The translations under genes were made by a program, and so were the position numbers. The notes under the pieces are model-generated. The model searched no databases and was not told the origin of the DNA. It saw only the letters and a program-made list of their open reading frames with translations. A stretch of 64,000 nucleotides of DNA from an uncultured Acidobacteriota bacterium (GTDB lineage Bacteria; Acidobacteriota; Vicinamibacteria; Vicinamibacterales; CAVVIG01): contig CAVRLS010000013.1 of NCBI GenBank assembly GCA_963722395.1, forward strand, positions 129,896 through 193,895, in the 5' to 3' direction. Shown piece by piece: positions 48,315 through 58,133 of the stretch. The stretch's first letter is position 1, and every line of letters begins with the position of its first letter.

Positions 48315-49035
48315 TCAGTCGCGCGGAGCGGCCGGCGCGGCAGGAGCCGCTGGGGCAGCCGGCGCAGCGCCGCCGCTGACCCCCGGCGTCGGCACTGCCG
48401 GCGGTACCGTGCGGAGCAGTGACGGGTAGACCCAGCCTGCTGGCAGGACGCGGTCCGGATCGGGGCGGTAGCTGAGGTACTCGACGTGGTCGGTCACGCC
48501 GCTCCACCCGTGCGCCACCTTGTTCGGGATGATGATGATGTCGCCAGGGCCGACCCTGCGGCTGTAGGCGCCGGGGCCGGCGATGCCGTTGCCGCTCGGG
48601 CCGTTCATCACGTTCGGTACGCCTGCTCCGGCACGCTGGTTCAGGATCAGGCCACCAGTGGTGAGCACGCCCGAACCCGAGGTGATGTAGTAGATCTCGG
48701 GTGTGTAGTCGTGCCAGAGCACCGGGACCGGATCACCGGGCTTCTCGTTGGTTGGCCCGCGGCGGATGATGCCGACGCCGAGGTTGTACTTGCCCATGTC
48801 GACGACGCGCAGTTGCCGGTCGGCCGGGCTCGGCGGCGAGTTCTTCAGCACGTAGTCGATTTCGGCTTTCGTGATGTCGAACGCGTAGGCCGGCGCGTCA
48901 CCAGCCTGAATCGGCACCGCCGGCGGCGGGTATACCGGCCTGGCCGGCGTCGCGGGCGCCTGCGCGCCCAGTCACTGCACCATAGGTCACCACGGCGGCA
49001 AGCGCCGTGACCGCACCAATCATTCCCTGCTTCAT
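48315..49035 (-). pseudogene. secreted cupin-domain protein, single frame break near 48960
   Basis: RBS gaggagg, then MKQGMIGAVTALAAVVTYGAVTG (ORF 48898..49179). After a 1-nt shift: ..APATPARPVYPPPAVPIQAGDAPAYAF... (ORF 48315..48917). Cupin core GDIIIIPNKVAHGW. C-terminal (AAP)n tail. Confidence 0.7.
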
Positions 49036-49115
49036 TGGACCTCCTCGGTCGTCTCGCAAAAGTGCCGGACTGTTATACACCTGCGGCGGCATGAGGCTTC
49101 GGGCTTCCGGACGAA

Positions 49116-49157
49116 CGACCAACGACCCACGACCAACGACCAACGACCAACGACTAC
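49116..49157. repeat. heptanucleotide tandem array (CGACCAA)n, 6 units
   Basis: cgaccaa cgaccca cgaccaa cgaccaa cgaccaa cgactac. Confidence 0.9.
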
Positions 49158-49168
49158 CGAGTGCTACG

Positions 49169-49285
49169 ATGCCGGACATGTTCCTGAGCGGCCTGCTCGT
49201 GCTTCTGCTGGCGGCGATCGTCGTGGCCGCCGTCTTCGGTCTCCGATCGCTGCGCGCCTTCGTCCGCGCGTTGTGGCCGCACTAG
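49169..49285 (+). CDS. possible 38-aa single-TM mini-protein (speculative)
   Basis: MPDMFLSGLLVLLLAAIVVAAVFGLRSLRAFVRALWPH. Hydrophobic helix plus a basic tail. No convincing RBS. Flanked by the two direct heptamer arrays. Confidence 0.2.
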   Translation: MPDMFLSGLLVLLLAAIVVAAVFGLRSLRAFVRALWPH

Positions 49286-49330
49286 AGGCTCACGATATCG
49301 TCATGGCCTGGCTTGCGTGGGCCACACCAA

Positions 49331-49365
49331 CCGCCAACGACCAACGACCAACGACCAACGGTCAT
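49331..49365. repeat. heptanucleotide tandem array (CGACCAA)n, 3 perfect + 2 degenerate units
   Basis: ccgccaa cgaccaa cgaccaa cgaccaa cggtcat. Same orientation as 49116-49157. Confidence 0.9.
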
Positions 49366-49389
49366 GTGGGCGATAATCGATCGTTCCCC

Positions 49390-50624
49390 ATGCCCACTCA
49401 GCCGCAGACCCGCGTTCTCCACATCGACATCACCGGCCACGACCATCCTGGCGTCACGCACTCGCTGACGGCGATTCTCGCGCGTCGCGAACGTCCGCAT
49501 CCTCGACATCGGCCAGGCGGTCATTCACGACGCGCTGGCGCTCGGCCTGCTGGTCGAGCTGACCGACGAGATGAAGTCGTCGACGCTGCTCACCGACCTG
49601 CTGCTCGAGGCGCATCGGCTCGGCGTGCAGATTCGCTTCACGGCGGTCACCGACGACGAGTACGACGCGCTGGGTCCAGGCGCAGAGCAAGGGCCGCTAC
49701 GTCGTCTCGGTGCTCGGACCGGCGCTGACCGCGGCGCACCTCGAGGCGGTCAGCGGCGTCATTGCCGCGGCAGGACCTGAACATCGACCGCATCGACCGC
49801 CTGTCGGGCCGCGCGCCGCTCGACGAGCACGGCCTCGGGCGCATCTGCGTCGAGTTCTCCACGTCGGGCGTGATCCGCAGCGACGACGACATGCGCACGG
49901 CGCTGATCGGCGCTGACGCAGGACTTCGACGTCGACATCGCGTTTCAGCACGACACCGTCTACCGCCGCAATCGCCGCCTGGTCGCCTTCGACATGGACT
50001 CCACGCTGATCCAGACCGAGGTGATCGACGAACTGGCCCGGCTGGCCGGCGTCGGCGACCAGGTGTCGCGCGCATCACCGAGGCGGCCATGCGCGGCGAG
50101 CTCGACTTCCAGGCCAGCTTCCGCCGCCGCGTCGCGCTGCTCAAGGGGTTGCCCGCGTCGGCGCTGCAGCACGGTCGTCGACGACGGCGCCACTGATGGA
50201 CGGCGCCGAACGGCTGATCGCCACGCTGCGCCGCCTCGGCTACAAGACCGCCATCCTCTCCGGCGGCTTCACCTTCATGGGCCGCGAACTGCAGCGCCGG
50301 CTCGGCATCGACTACCTCCACGCCAACGAGCTCGACATCGTCGACGGCGTGGTCACCGGCGAGGTGCGCGGCGAGATCGTCGACGGCGAGCGCAAGGCGC
50401 ACTACCTGGCGGAGATCGCGCCGCGCCGAAGGGCTGAGCATGGAGCAGGTGATTGCGGTCGGCGACGGCGCCAACGACCTGCCGATGCTGCAGCCTGGCC
50501 GGGCTCGGCATCGCGTTCCACGCCAAGCCGGTCGTGCGCCAGAGCGCCCGCCAGGCCATCTCCGACGCTGGGGCTCGACGGCATTCTCTACCTGCTCGGC
50601 GTCCGCGACCGCGACACGCTGTAA
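49390..50624 (+). pseudogene. serB: phosphoserine phosphatase SerB (ACT-like N-domains + HAD domain), frameshifted as assembled
   Basis: MPTQPQTRVLHIDITGHDHPGVTHSLTAILA. Pieces in other frames: NVRILDIGQAVIHDALALGLLVEL, MKSSTLLTDLLLEAHRLGVQIRF, LNIDRIDRLSG. HAD motif I LVAFDMDSTLIQTEVIDELA, ITEAAMRGELDFQASFRRRVALLKGL, KTAILSGGFTFMG, VIAVGDGANDLPML, GIAFHAKPVV. Confidence 0.85.
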
Positions 50625-50662
50625 ACCCTCAGGACGTAGCCGCGCACCGTCAGATGCGCAGT

Positions 50663-50729
50663 GTCGCGGACCTGAAGGTCCGCAGCTACGCACCGCAGCC
50701 GTACGGTATCTGCCGACCTTCAGGTCCGG
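50663..50729. repeat. REP-like double-hairpin element, copy 2
   Basis: 50663-50690 is identical to 4830-4857. The second hairpin gccgacc-ttca-ggtccgg is at 50712-50729. Lies between convergent serB and the SBP gene. Confidence 0.8.
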
Positions 50730-50744
50730 GACGACCGACCGTCG

Positions 50745-52427
50745 CTACTTGGCCCAGCCGATGTCCTCGTATGCCCAGTCCGCGAAACCGAACGCGCCGA
50801 AGTTGACGAGGTTCGAGCGGGTGACGACGATCTCGGGGCGCTGGTAGAGCGAGAGCGAGTGGACGATGTCCCAGATCTTCGCATCGAGCCGGTTCGCCAG
50901 TTCAGCCGCTTTCGTGCGGTCGATTTCGGCGTTCGCCTCGTCGAAGAGCCGGTCGATCTCCGGGTCGCCGATGCGTGAGTAGTTCTGCTGGATGTCCATC
51001 TCGCCGTCGGCTCCCCTGGTTGGCGTGGCGTAGATCGACCGCGCCGAACTGATCGGGTACGACGTTCCGATCCACGAGAACACCGTGACATCGAACTGGC
51101 CCGGGCGGATGTACTTCTCGAAGAAGTCGGGGCTGGGCACGGTGTTGATGATCAAACGGATGCCGACCTGCGCCAGCATGTTCTGCATCAGCTCGGTTTC
51201 CTGCTTCGAGGTGCTGACGGCGCTTGGGATGATCGCCACGATCTCGAGCGGCCTGCCGTCCTTCATGCGGACGCCGCCCTGCATCTTCCAGCCTGCCGCC
51301 TCGAGCAGTTGCTTCGCGCCCTCGGGGTTGTAGGAGCCAACAGCGCCCGAGTTGTCCCGGTAGCCCTCCTGGTTCGACATGAAGATGTGGTTGCCGAGTG
51401 GTTCGGCCTTGATGCCGAGCGGCGCCAGCAGCGCACGGGCGATCGCCTGCCGGCTGATCGCCATCGCCATCGCCTGCCGCACGCGCACATCGCGCAGGTT
51501 GCCGCCGGTGCCGTTCACCGTCAGGTGCCGGAAGTTCGGCCCGCCGGCCATGCGGATGTCGACCCCTTCGATGTCCTTCGCGCGGTTGTACTTGTTGACG
51601 TCCGGGCCGACGTCCATCGCATCGATCTCGCCGTTTGCCACGGCGTCGATCTGCGCGTCCGGATCGATGGCGCGATAGACGATGCGATCGAGCTTGGCGG
51701 GCTCGCCCCACCAGCGCTCGTTGCGGACCAGCGTGATCGTCTTCGACGTAACGTCGATCGACCCGAGCTTGAACGGCCCGCCGGTGGTGAGCGGACGATC
51801 CTTCCAGCCGTCGTTGAAGATCTGCGGGTCCTTGTTGGTGGAGGCTGGGTAGATCTGGCTGAACACACCGGGCCAGTCGGCGTACTTGTTCCGGAAGGTG
51901 ACCACCACCTCGCGCTCGTCGGTGCCGCGCTCGACACTCTCGATCGCTTCCCAGCCGTTGGCCGACGCGATTTGGTAGCGCTTGTCGGTGCCGTTGTTCG
52001 ACCGCCACTGCCAGTGGAAGTCTTCCCACGTCATCGGCGTCCCGTCATACCAGGCCGCCTTCGGGTTGATCCGGAAGGTGACCACCTGCTTCGGCTCGAG
52101 CACGATGGTCGGTTCCGAGGCCAGCAGCGAACGGCTCCAGACCGGATTGCCAGCCGCATCGGCGTAGTAAGCCGACGGCGTGAGCACCTTGCTGACGTCC
52201 GACGCGGCCACCTCGGTGCCGTCGATCTGGTGATAGTTGAAGTTCGGCGGCATGTTGTCGATCGGCCACGTGAAGGTGCCGCCGTCGCGCACCTGATCGC
52301 GCGGGGTCAGGCGAATCTGGTTCTGCTTCGCCCCCTGCGACTGCATCGGGCCATTGTCGGCGCGGGCGCCGCAGGCCGACGCGAGCACGGCGACGCACAA
52401 CCATGTGCCGAGTCCGAACCGCTTCAC
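50745..52427 (-). CDS. ABC transporter substrate-binding protein, family 5 (peptide/nickel, OppA/DppA-like)
   Basis: Intact 560 aa from a GTG start (VKRFGLGTWLCVAVLASACG, lipoprotein-like); GTGA overlap with the ATPase stop. The first ~100 codons of ORF 50745..52727 belong to the upstream ATPase tail read in another frame. Confidence 0.85.
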   Translation of the reverse strand: MKRFGLGTWLCVAVLASACGARADNGPMQSQGAKQNQIRLTPRDQVRDGGTFTWPIDNMPPNFNYHQIDGTEVAASDVSKVLTPSAYYADAAGNPVWSRSLLASEPTIVLEPKQVVTFRINPKAAWYDGTPMTWEDFHWQWRSNNGTDKRYQIASANGWEAIESVERGTDEREVVVTFRNKYADWPGVFSQIYPASTNKDPQIFNDGWKDRPLTTGGPFKLGSIDVTSKTITLVRNERWWGEPAKLDRIVYRAIDPDAQIDAVANGEIDAMDVGPDVNKYNRAKDIEGVDIRMAGGPNFRHLTVNGTGGNLRDVRVRQAMAMAISRQAIARALLAPLGIKAEPLGNHIFMSNQEGYRDNSGAVGSYNPEGAKQLLEAAGWKMQGGVRMKDGRPLEIVAIIPSAVSTSKQETELMQNMLAQVGIRLIINTVPSPDFFEKYIRPGQFDVTVFSWIGTSYPISSARSIYATPTRGADGEMDIQQNYSRIGDPEIDRLFDEANAEIDRTKAAELANRLDAKIWDIVHSLSLYQRPEIVVTRSNLVNFGAFGFADWAYEDIGWAK

Positions 52428-54589
52428 AACACACCCCTTGCTTCCGCCCAGTGGCACGCGTCCAGATGATCGGCCGAGCCGGTGCGCGGTGCCAGCGCTG
52501 GCGACTGCTCGACACAAGTCTGGCGCTGCGCGTCGGTCAATTCCAGCGCGAACGTCTGGCAGCGCGTCCTGAACCGGCAGCCCGACGGCGGGTTGGCCGG
52601 GCTTGGCAGGTCTCCCTTCAAGCACGATGCGAACCCGCTGCCGTTCCTTGCGCGGATCCGGCAGCGGGATCGCCGACAGCAGCGCCTGCGTGTACGGATG
52701 CGCAGGGGCGTCGAACACCTCGTCCACCGACGCCGGTCTCGATGATGCGGCCGAGGTACATCACCGCGATGCGATCGGCGATGTGGCGCACGACGGCGAG
52801 ATCGTGCGCGACGAAGAGATACGACAGGCCGAGCTGCGCCCGCAGCCGTTCGAGCAGGTTGATGACGCCGGCCCGCACCGACACGTCGAGCGCCGACACC
52901 GGCTCGTCGAGCACCAGCAGCTTCGGCTCGAGCGCCAGCGCCCGCGCAATGCCGACCCGCTGACGCTGCCCGCCCGAGAACGCCTGCGGATAGCGGTTCA
53001 CGTGTTCCGGCTGCAGGCCGACGAGCTGCAGCAGCTCGCGGACGCGGCGCGAGACATCCTCGTCGGCCACGCCGTGCGCACGCAGCGGCTCGGCCAGGAT
53101 GTCGCCAATCGGCAGGCGCGGGTCGAGCGACGCCATCGGGTCCTGAAAGACCACCTGCAGATCGCGCCGGATGGCGAAGCGATCGGCGCGGGTCATCGAC
53201 GCCGTGTCCTTGCCGAGCACCTGGATGCTGCCCGAGAGCGGCTTCTCCAGGTTCAGGATCTCGATGATCGTTGTCGTCTTGCCGCAGCCCGACTCGCCGA
53301 CCAGTCCCAGCGTTTCACCTTCGCGGATGTCGAAGCTGACGCCGTCCACCGCACGCACCTCGCCGACCTTGCGGCGCAGCACCACCCCCTTCATCAGCGG
53401 GTAGGCCTTCACCAGGTCGCGCACAGCCAGCACCGTGGCGCGTGTGTCGACCCCACCCAGTGGGCGGGCCGAGGCAGGTGGAGCAGGCGCCACGAAGATG
53501 TCGCGGCTGCTCAATCCGCGCCGCTCGATGTCGTCGCGGAAATGACACGAGGCCCGATGACCATCAGGCCTCGGATCGTTGGTCATTGGTCGTTCGTCGC
53601 TGGTCGCGTCAGTACCTAGCTGCGGGCCATCAGGTCCGCCGTCGCGGATGATCGGCAGCAGCGCCGGCTCGACCTCTGCACAGATGTCCTGTCGCATCGG
53701 ACACCGCGGACGGAACGGGCAGCCGGACGGCAGCGCCACCATCGACGGCGGCGTGCCTTCGATCGGCGTCAGCGGCTGGTGCTCGCCGCCATCGGCGCGC
53801 GGGATCGAGCCGAGCAGGCCGAGCGTGTACGGCATCCGCGGCGTGTAGAACACATCGTCGACCGTGCCGGTCTCGACGATGGTGCCGGCGTACATCACGG
53901 CCACGCGGTCGGCGACGCCGGCGATGACGCCGAGGTCGTGGGTGATCAGCACGATGGCCGCGCCGGTCACCGTGCGCGCCGTCTGCAGCACGTCGAGAAT
54001 CTGCGCCTGGATGGTGACGTCGAGCGCCGTCGTCGGCTCGTCGGCAATGATCAGCGCCGGGTCGTTGGCGATGGCCATCGCAATCATCACGCGCTGACGC
54101 ATGCCGCCGGAGAACTCGTGCGGGAACGCCGTTGCCCGCTGCTGCGCGTTCGGGATGCCGACCAGCTCGAGCAACTCGACGGCGCGGTCCTTCGCCGCCG
54201 CCTTGCTCACCTGCTCGTGCACCAGCACCGCCTCGGCGATCTGATCGCCGACGGTGTAGACCGGCGTCAGCGCCGACAGCGGGTCCTGGAACATCATCGC
54301 GATCTGCTTGCCGCGGATCGCCGACAGCTCCGCGTCCGACCGCCCGATCAGCTCCTGACCGTTGAACCGCGACCGATCCGCTCACCTGCGCGTGGCCGGG
54401 CAGCAGGTTCATGATGGCCAGCGACGAGACCGACTTGCCCGAGCCCGATTCGCCGACGATGCCGAGCAGTTCGCCGGCGCGCACGTCGTAGCTGACGCCG
54501 CGCACCGCGCGGACGAGTCCCGACGTCGCTGCGGAACGTCACCGACAGGTTCGGTCGACCGACAGCGAGGCGGCTTCCTGCCGCGGCAT
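52424..54589 (-). pseudogene. fused double ATPase (OppD-OppF in one polypeptide) of the peptide ABC transporter, frameshifted at both ends as assembled
   Basis: NBD1: [55 protein letters not shown]2: [45 protein letters not shown]. Tail [12 protein letters not shown] and SGCRFRTRC are in two other frames. Central 559 codons are intact (ORF 52618..54297). Confidence 0.85.
53572..53606. repeat. degenerate heptamer array (TTGGTCA/TTGGTCG...), inverted orientation, inside the ATPase CDS
   Basis: cggatcg ttggtca ttggtcg ttcgtcg ctggtcg. Translated in frame on the minus strand as ..[13 protein letters not shown].. Confidence 0.75.
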
Positions 54590-55538
54590 CAGGCGACGCG
54601 CCCTGGCGTGTTCGGGTCGAACGCGTCGCGCAGGCCGTCGCCGACGAGGTTGATCGCCAGCACCAGCACCACGAGCAGACCGGCCGGGAAGTAGAACTCC
54701 CACGGGAAGGTGAGCGCGGCGTCCGGCGTAGTCGCCGATCAGCGTGCCGAGCGACACGTCGGGCGGCTGCACGCCGAAGCCGAAGAACGACAGCCCCACC
54801 TCCGCGAGGATGAGCGAGCTGACGTTGATGGTGGCGTCGATGATGAGCAGCGACGCCATGTTCGGCAGGATGTGGCGGAAGATGATGCGCCAGCCGGGCA
54901 CGCCCATGAACCGCGCCGCCTGCACGAACTCGCGCTCGCGCAGCGACAGCGTCATGCCGCGGACGATGCGCGCGGTGACCATCCACTGGAAGGCGGCGAG
55001 CAGCACGACGAAGATGAGCCACGTGCTGGCCGCGGAACGACGGCGACAGGATGGCGATGATGAGGAACGCCGGCAGCACCATCAGCAGGTCGATGAGCGT
55101 CGAGCAGCGCCGTGTTCACGACGCCGCCGAAGTAGCCGGCGAACGCGCCGACGATGGCCGCCAGCGCCGTGGCCATCAGCGCACCGAGCAGCCCGATGAC
55201 CAGCGACTTCTGCATGCCGCGCATCGTCAGCGCGAACACGTCGAACCCGTTCTGCGTCGTGCCGAACCAGTGCGAGCCGCCCGGCGGCTCGAGGAAGGCG
55301 TTGAAGTCGAGCTCGGTTGTACTGCCAGGGACTGACGATACGGACTGAGGTACGCCAGCGCGAACAGCAGGATGACGATCGCGAGGCCGAACAGCGCGAG
55401 CCGCTGGCGGAGGAAGCGGCGCCGACCAGTCGCAGGCGTGAGGCTGCCGCCTCTTCGTACGGGCTGTGGGCCAGAACCCGAAAGAGTGCCGGTCTGCAGG
55501 CCCGGCGCAGGTCCGTCGTCTGGCACGGCGGTGGCCAT
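54589..55538 (-). pseudogene. peptide ABC transporter permease (OppC/DppC-like), frameshifted as assembled
   Basis: MATAVPDDGP...[114 protein letters not shown]. Pieces lie in several frames. TGATG overlaps at both ends. Confidence 0.8.
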
Positions 55539-56524
55539 CAGACGCGGACCCGCGGGTCGAGCGCCGCGTAGGCGAGGTCGGACAGGAACCCGGCGATGAG
55601 CACCAGCACGCCGACGAAGAGCGTGACGCCGGCCACCGAGTTCACGTCGTTCTTGGTGACCGAGTTCGACGAAGAACTCGCCCATGCCGTGCCAGCCGAA
55701 CAGCCGCTCGGTGAACGTGGCGCCGACGAAGAGCAGCGCGAACTCGTAGGCGAAGAAGGTGGCCATCGGGATGAGCGCCGTGCGCAGCCCGTGCTTGATG
55801 AGCGCGCGCGACCGGCTCAGCCCCTTGGCGCGCGCGGTGCGCAGGAAGTCGCTGCCGAGCACGTCGAGCATGGCGTTGCGCTGGTAGCGGCCGTAGAACG
55901 CCACGGCAATCACGATGAGGACGAGCGAGGGCAGCACCAGGTGCGCCAGCCGGTTCAACACGCCGGCCATGGTCCACGGGTCGAGCCCGGGCGTCATCTC
56001 GCCGGTGGTGTAGAGGAGTCGCCGGTGAAGCCGAGCAGGTTGTTGATGCCGATGCCGGCGTTCTTGAAGAGGACGCCGAGCACGACGGCGGGTATGGACA
56101 GCGTGACGAACGAGAAGACGGTGAGCAGGCGATCGGAGAGCTGGTACTGCTTCACCGCGCCGTAGGCACCGGCGGCAACGCCGAGGAACGTGCCGACGAG
56201 TGCGCCCATCAGCACCAGCCGCAGGCTGACCCACATGCGCCGACCGATCTCGTCGTTCACCGGCTGGTTGTCGACGGTGCGCCCGAGATTGCCGCGCAGC
56301 AGATCGCCGGCCCAGCGCCGGTAGCGCGTCAGCACCGGCACCTTGTCGTTCATGTTCAGCTGATCGAGCGTGGCGTCCACCACCGCGGCAGGCGGCGGCG
56401 GATTGCGCCCTTCGTATCGCGCCCGCGGGTTCAGCTGGGTGGCGGCGAGGACGTACGCCGCCGAGGTCGCGATGACGACGAGGCAGACGAGGTAGAGCAG
56501 ACGTCGAAGGAGGAAGCCGGCCAT
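55538..56524 (-). pseudogene. peptide ABC transporter permease (OppB/DppB-like), frameshifted as assembled
   Basis: MAGFLLRRLLYLVCLVVIATSAAYVLA... (ORF 55994..56524), then LNRLAHLVLPSLVLIVIAVAFYGRYQRNAMLDVLGSDFLRTARAKGLSRSRALIKHGLRTALIPMATFFAYEFALLFVGATFTERLFGWHGMGEFFV (frame of ORF 55227..56234). The C-terminus is in a third frame. Confidence 0.8.
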
Positions 56525-56629
56525 CCTGTCGACATGTTACATGCGGACCGCGTGAAGTGCCGCCCGCCGGTCTTGAGCGTCCGGAACGCCCGCGACCGCA
56601 TGCTACGATGCCCGCCTCGAGGAGACTTC

Positions 56630-57349
56630 ATGCATCGACGTGTCCTGTGGCCGCTGCTCGCGGCAACCCTGCTCGTCCCGTCGGCGCTGGCCGCTGTCGG
56701 CAAGCCCGGATATCCCGACCGCATCACCTGGAACGGCGTCACCTGGCAGGTGAAGACCAGCAACGCCGCCGTCGGACCTGGCCCGAACATCTTCGACAGG
56801 TCGAACGTCTGGGTCGACAGCCTCGGCCTGCTTCACCTGCGTATTGCAAGGAATGCCAGTGGCAAGTGGACCAGCGCTGAAATCATCGGTCCCGTCACCT
56901 ACGGCTACGGCACCTACACGTTCACCCTCGCCTCGCGCGTCGATACGCTCGACCCGAATGTCGTGCTCGGGCTGTTCACCTGGAGCGACAAGGCGCGTTA
57001 CGCGAATCGCGAGCTGGATATCGAGTTCGCCAGGTGGGGGAGCGCGACCGATCCCACCAACGCACAGTATGTTGTCCAGCCGTATGACAAGGTGAACCAC
57101 CTGCGCCGATTCACACAGCCGGCCGACGCCGCGTCGACGCACCGGTTCACCTGGCGCAAGGGAGAGGTGAATTGGGAGAGCCACGGCACGAGCGGTGACC
57201 TGATCGACAGCTACACCTACAACGGCTCGGACGTGCCGCTGACCGGCGACGAACGGGTGCACCTGAACCTCTGGCTCGTCGGCGGCGCCGCGCCGACCAA
57301 TGGTGCGCCGACGGAGGTGGTGCTCAGCTCGTTTGCGTACGTGCCGTAG
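56630..57349 (+). CDS. secreted concanavalin-like/GH16-like beta-sandwich protein
   Basis: RBS gaggag. Signal MHRRVLWPLLAATLLVPSALAAVG. Then WQVKTSNAAVGPGPNIF, GYGTYTFTL, LGLFTW, NRELDIEF (the ExDxE-like region of GH16 is only partly matched). Confidence 0.5.
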   Translation: MHRRVLWPLLAATLLVPSALAAVGKPGYPDRITWNGVTWQVKTSNAAVGPGPNIFDRSNVWVDSLGLLHLRIARNASGKWTSAEIIGPVTYGYGTYTFTLASRVDTLDPNVVLGLFTWSDKARYANRELDIEFARWGSATDPTNAQYVVQPYDKVNHLRRFTQPADAASTHRFTWRKGEVNWESHGTSGDLIDSYTYNGSDVPLTGDERVHLNLWLVGGAAPTNGAPTEVVLSSFAYVP

Positions 57350-57362
57350 CGCACCCCACGGC

Positions 57363-58129
<767 letters not shown>

Positions 58130-58133
<4 letters not shown>

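Noticed and set aside
48318-48370. (AAP)n repeat at the cupin C-terminus, and Ala/Pro-rich stretches in sucB (31500-31800) and the PEGA protein (40380-40500), as possible special repeats
   Set aside because: These are ordinary low-complexity Ala/Pro linkers or tails, common in high-GC proteins and in E2 lipoyl-domain linkers. There is no higher-order structure beyond codon repetition.
49116-49365. CRISPR array
   Set aside because: The repeat unit is only 7 nt and strictly tandem, with no unique spacers. No cas genes are in the window.
52428-52727. N-terminal ~100 codons of ORF 50745..52727 as part of the substrate-binding protein
   Set aside because: This part encodes the OppF-type tail ([17 protein letters not shown]...) of the upstream ATPase, read through a frame break. 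The SBP starts at GTG 52427 with a lipoprotein-like signal.
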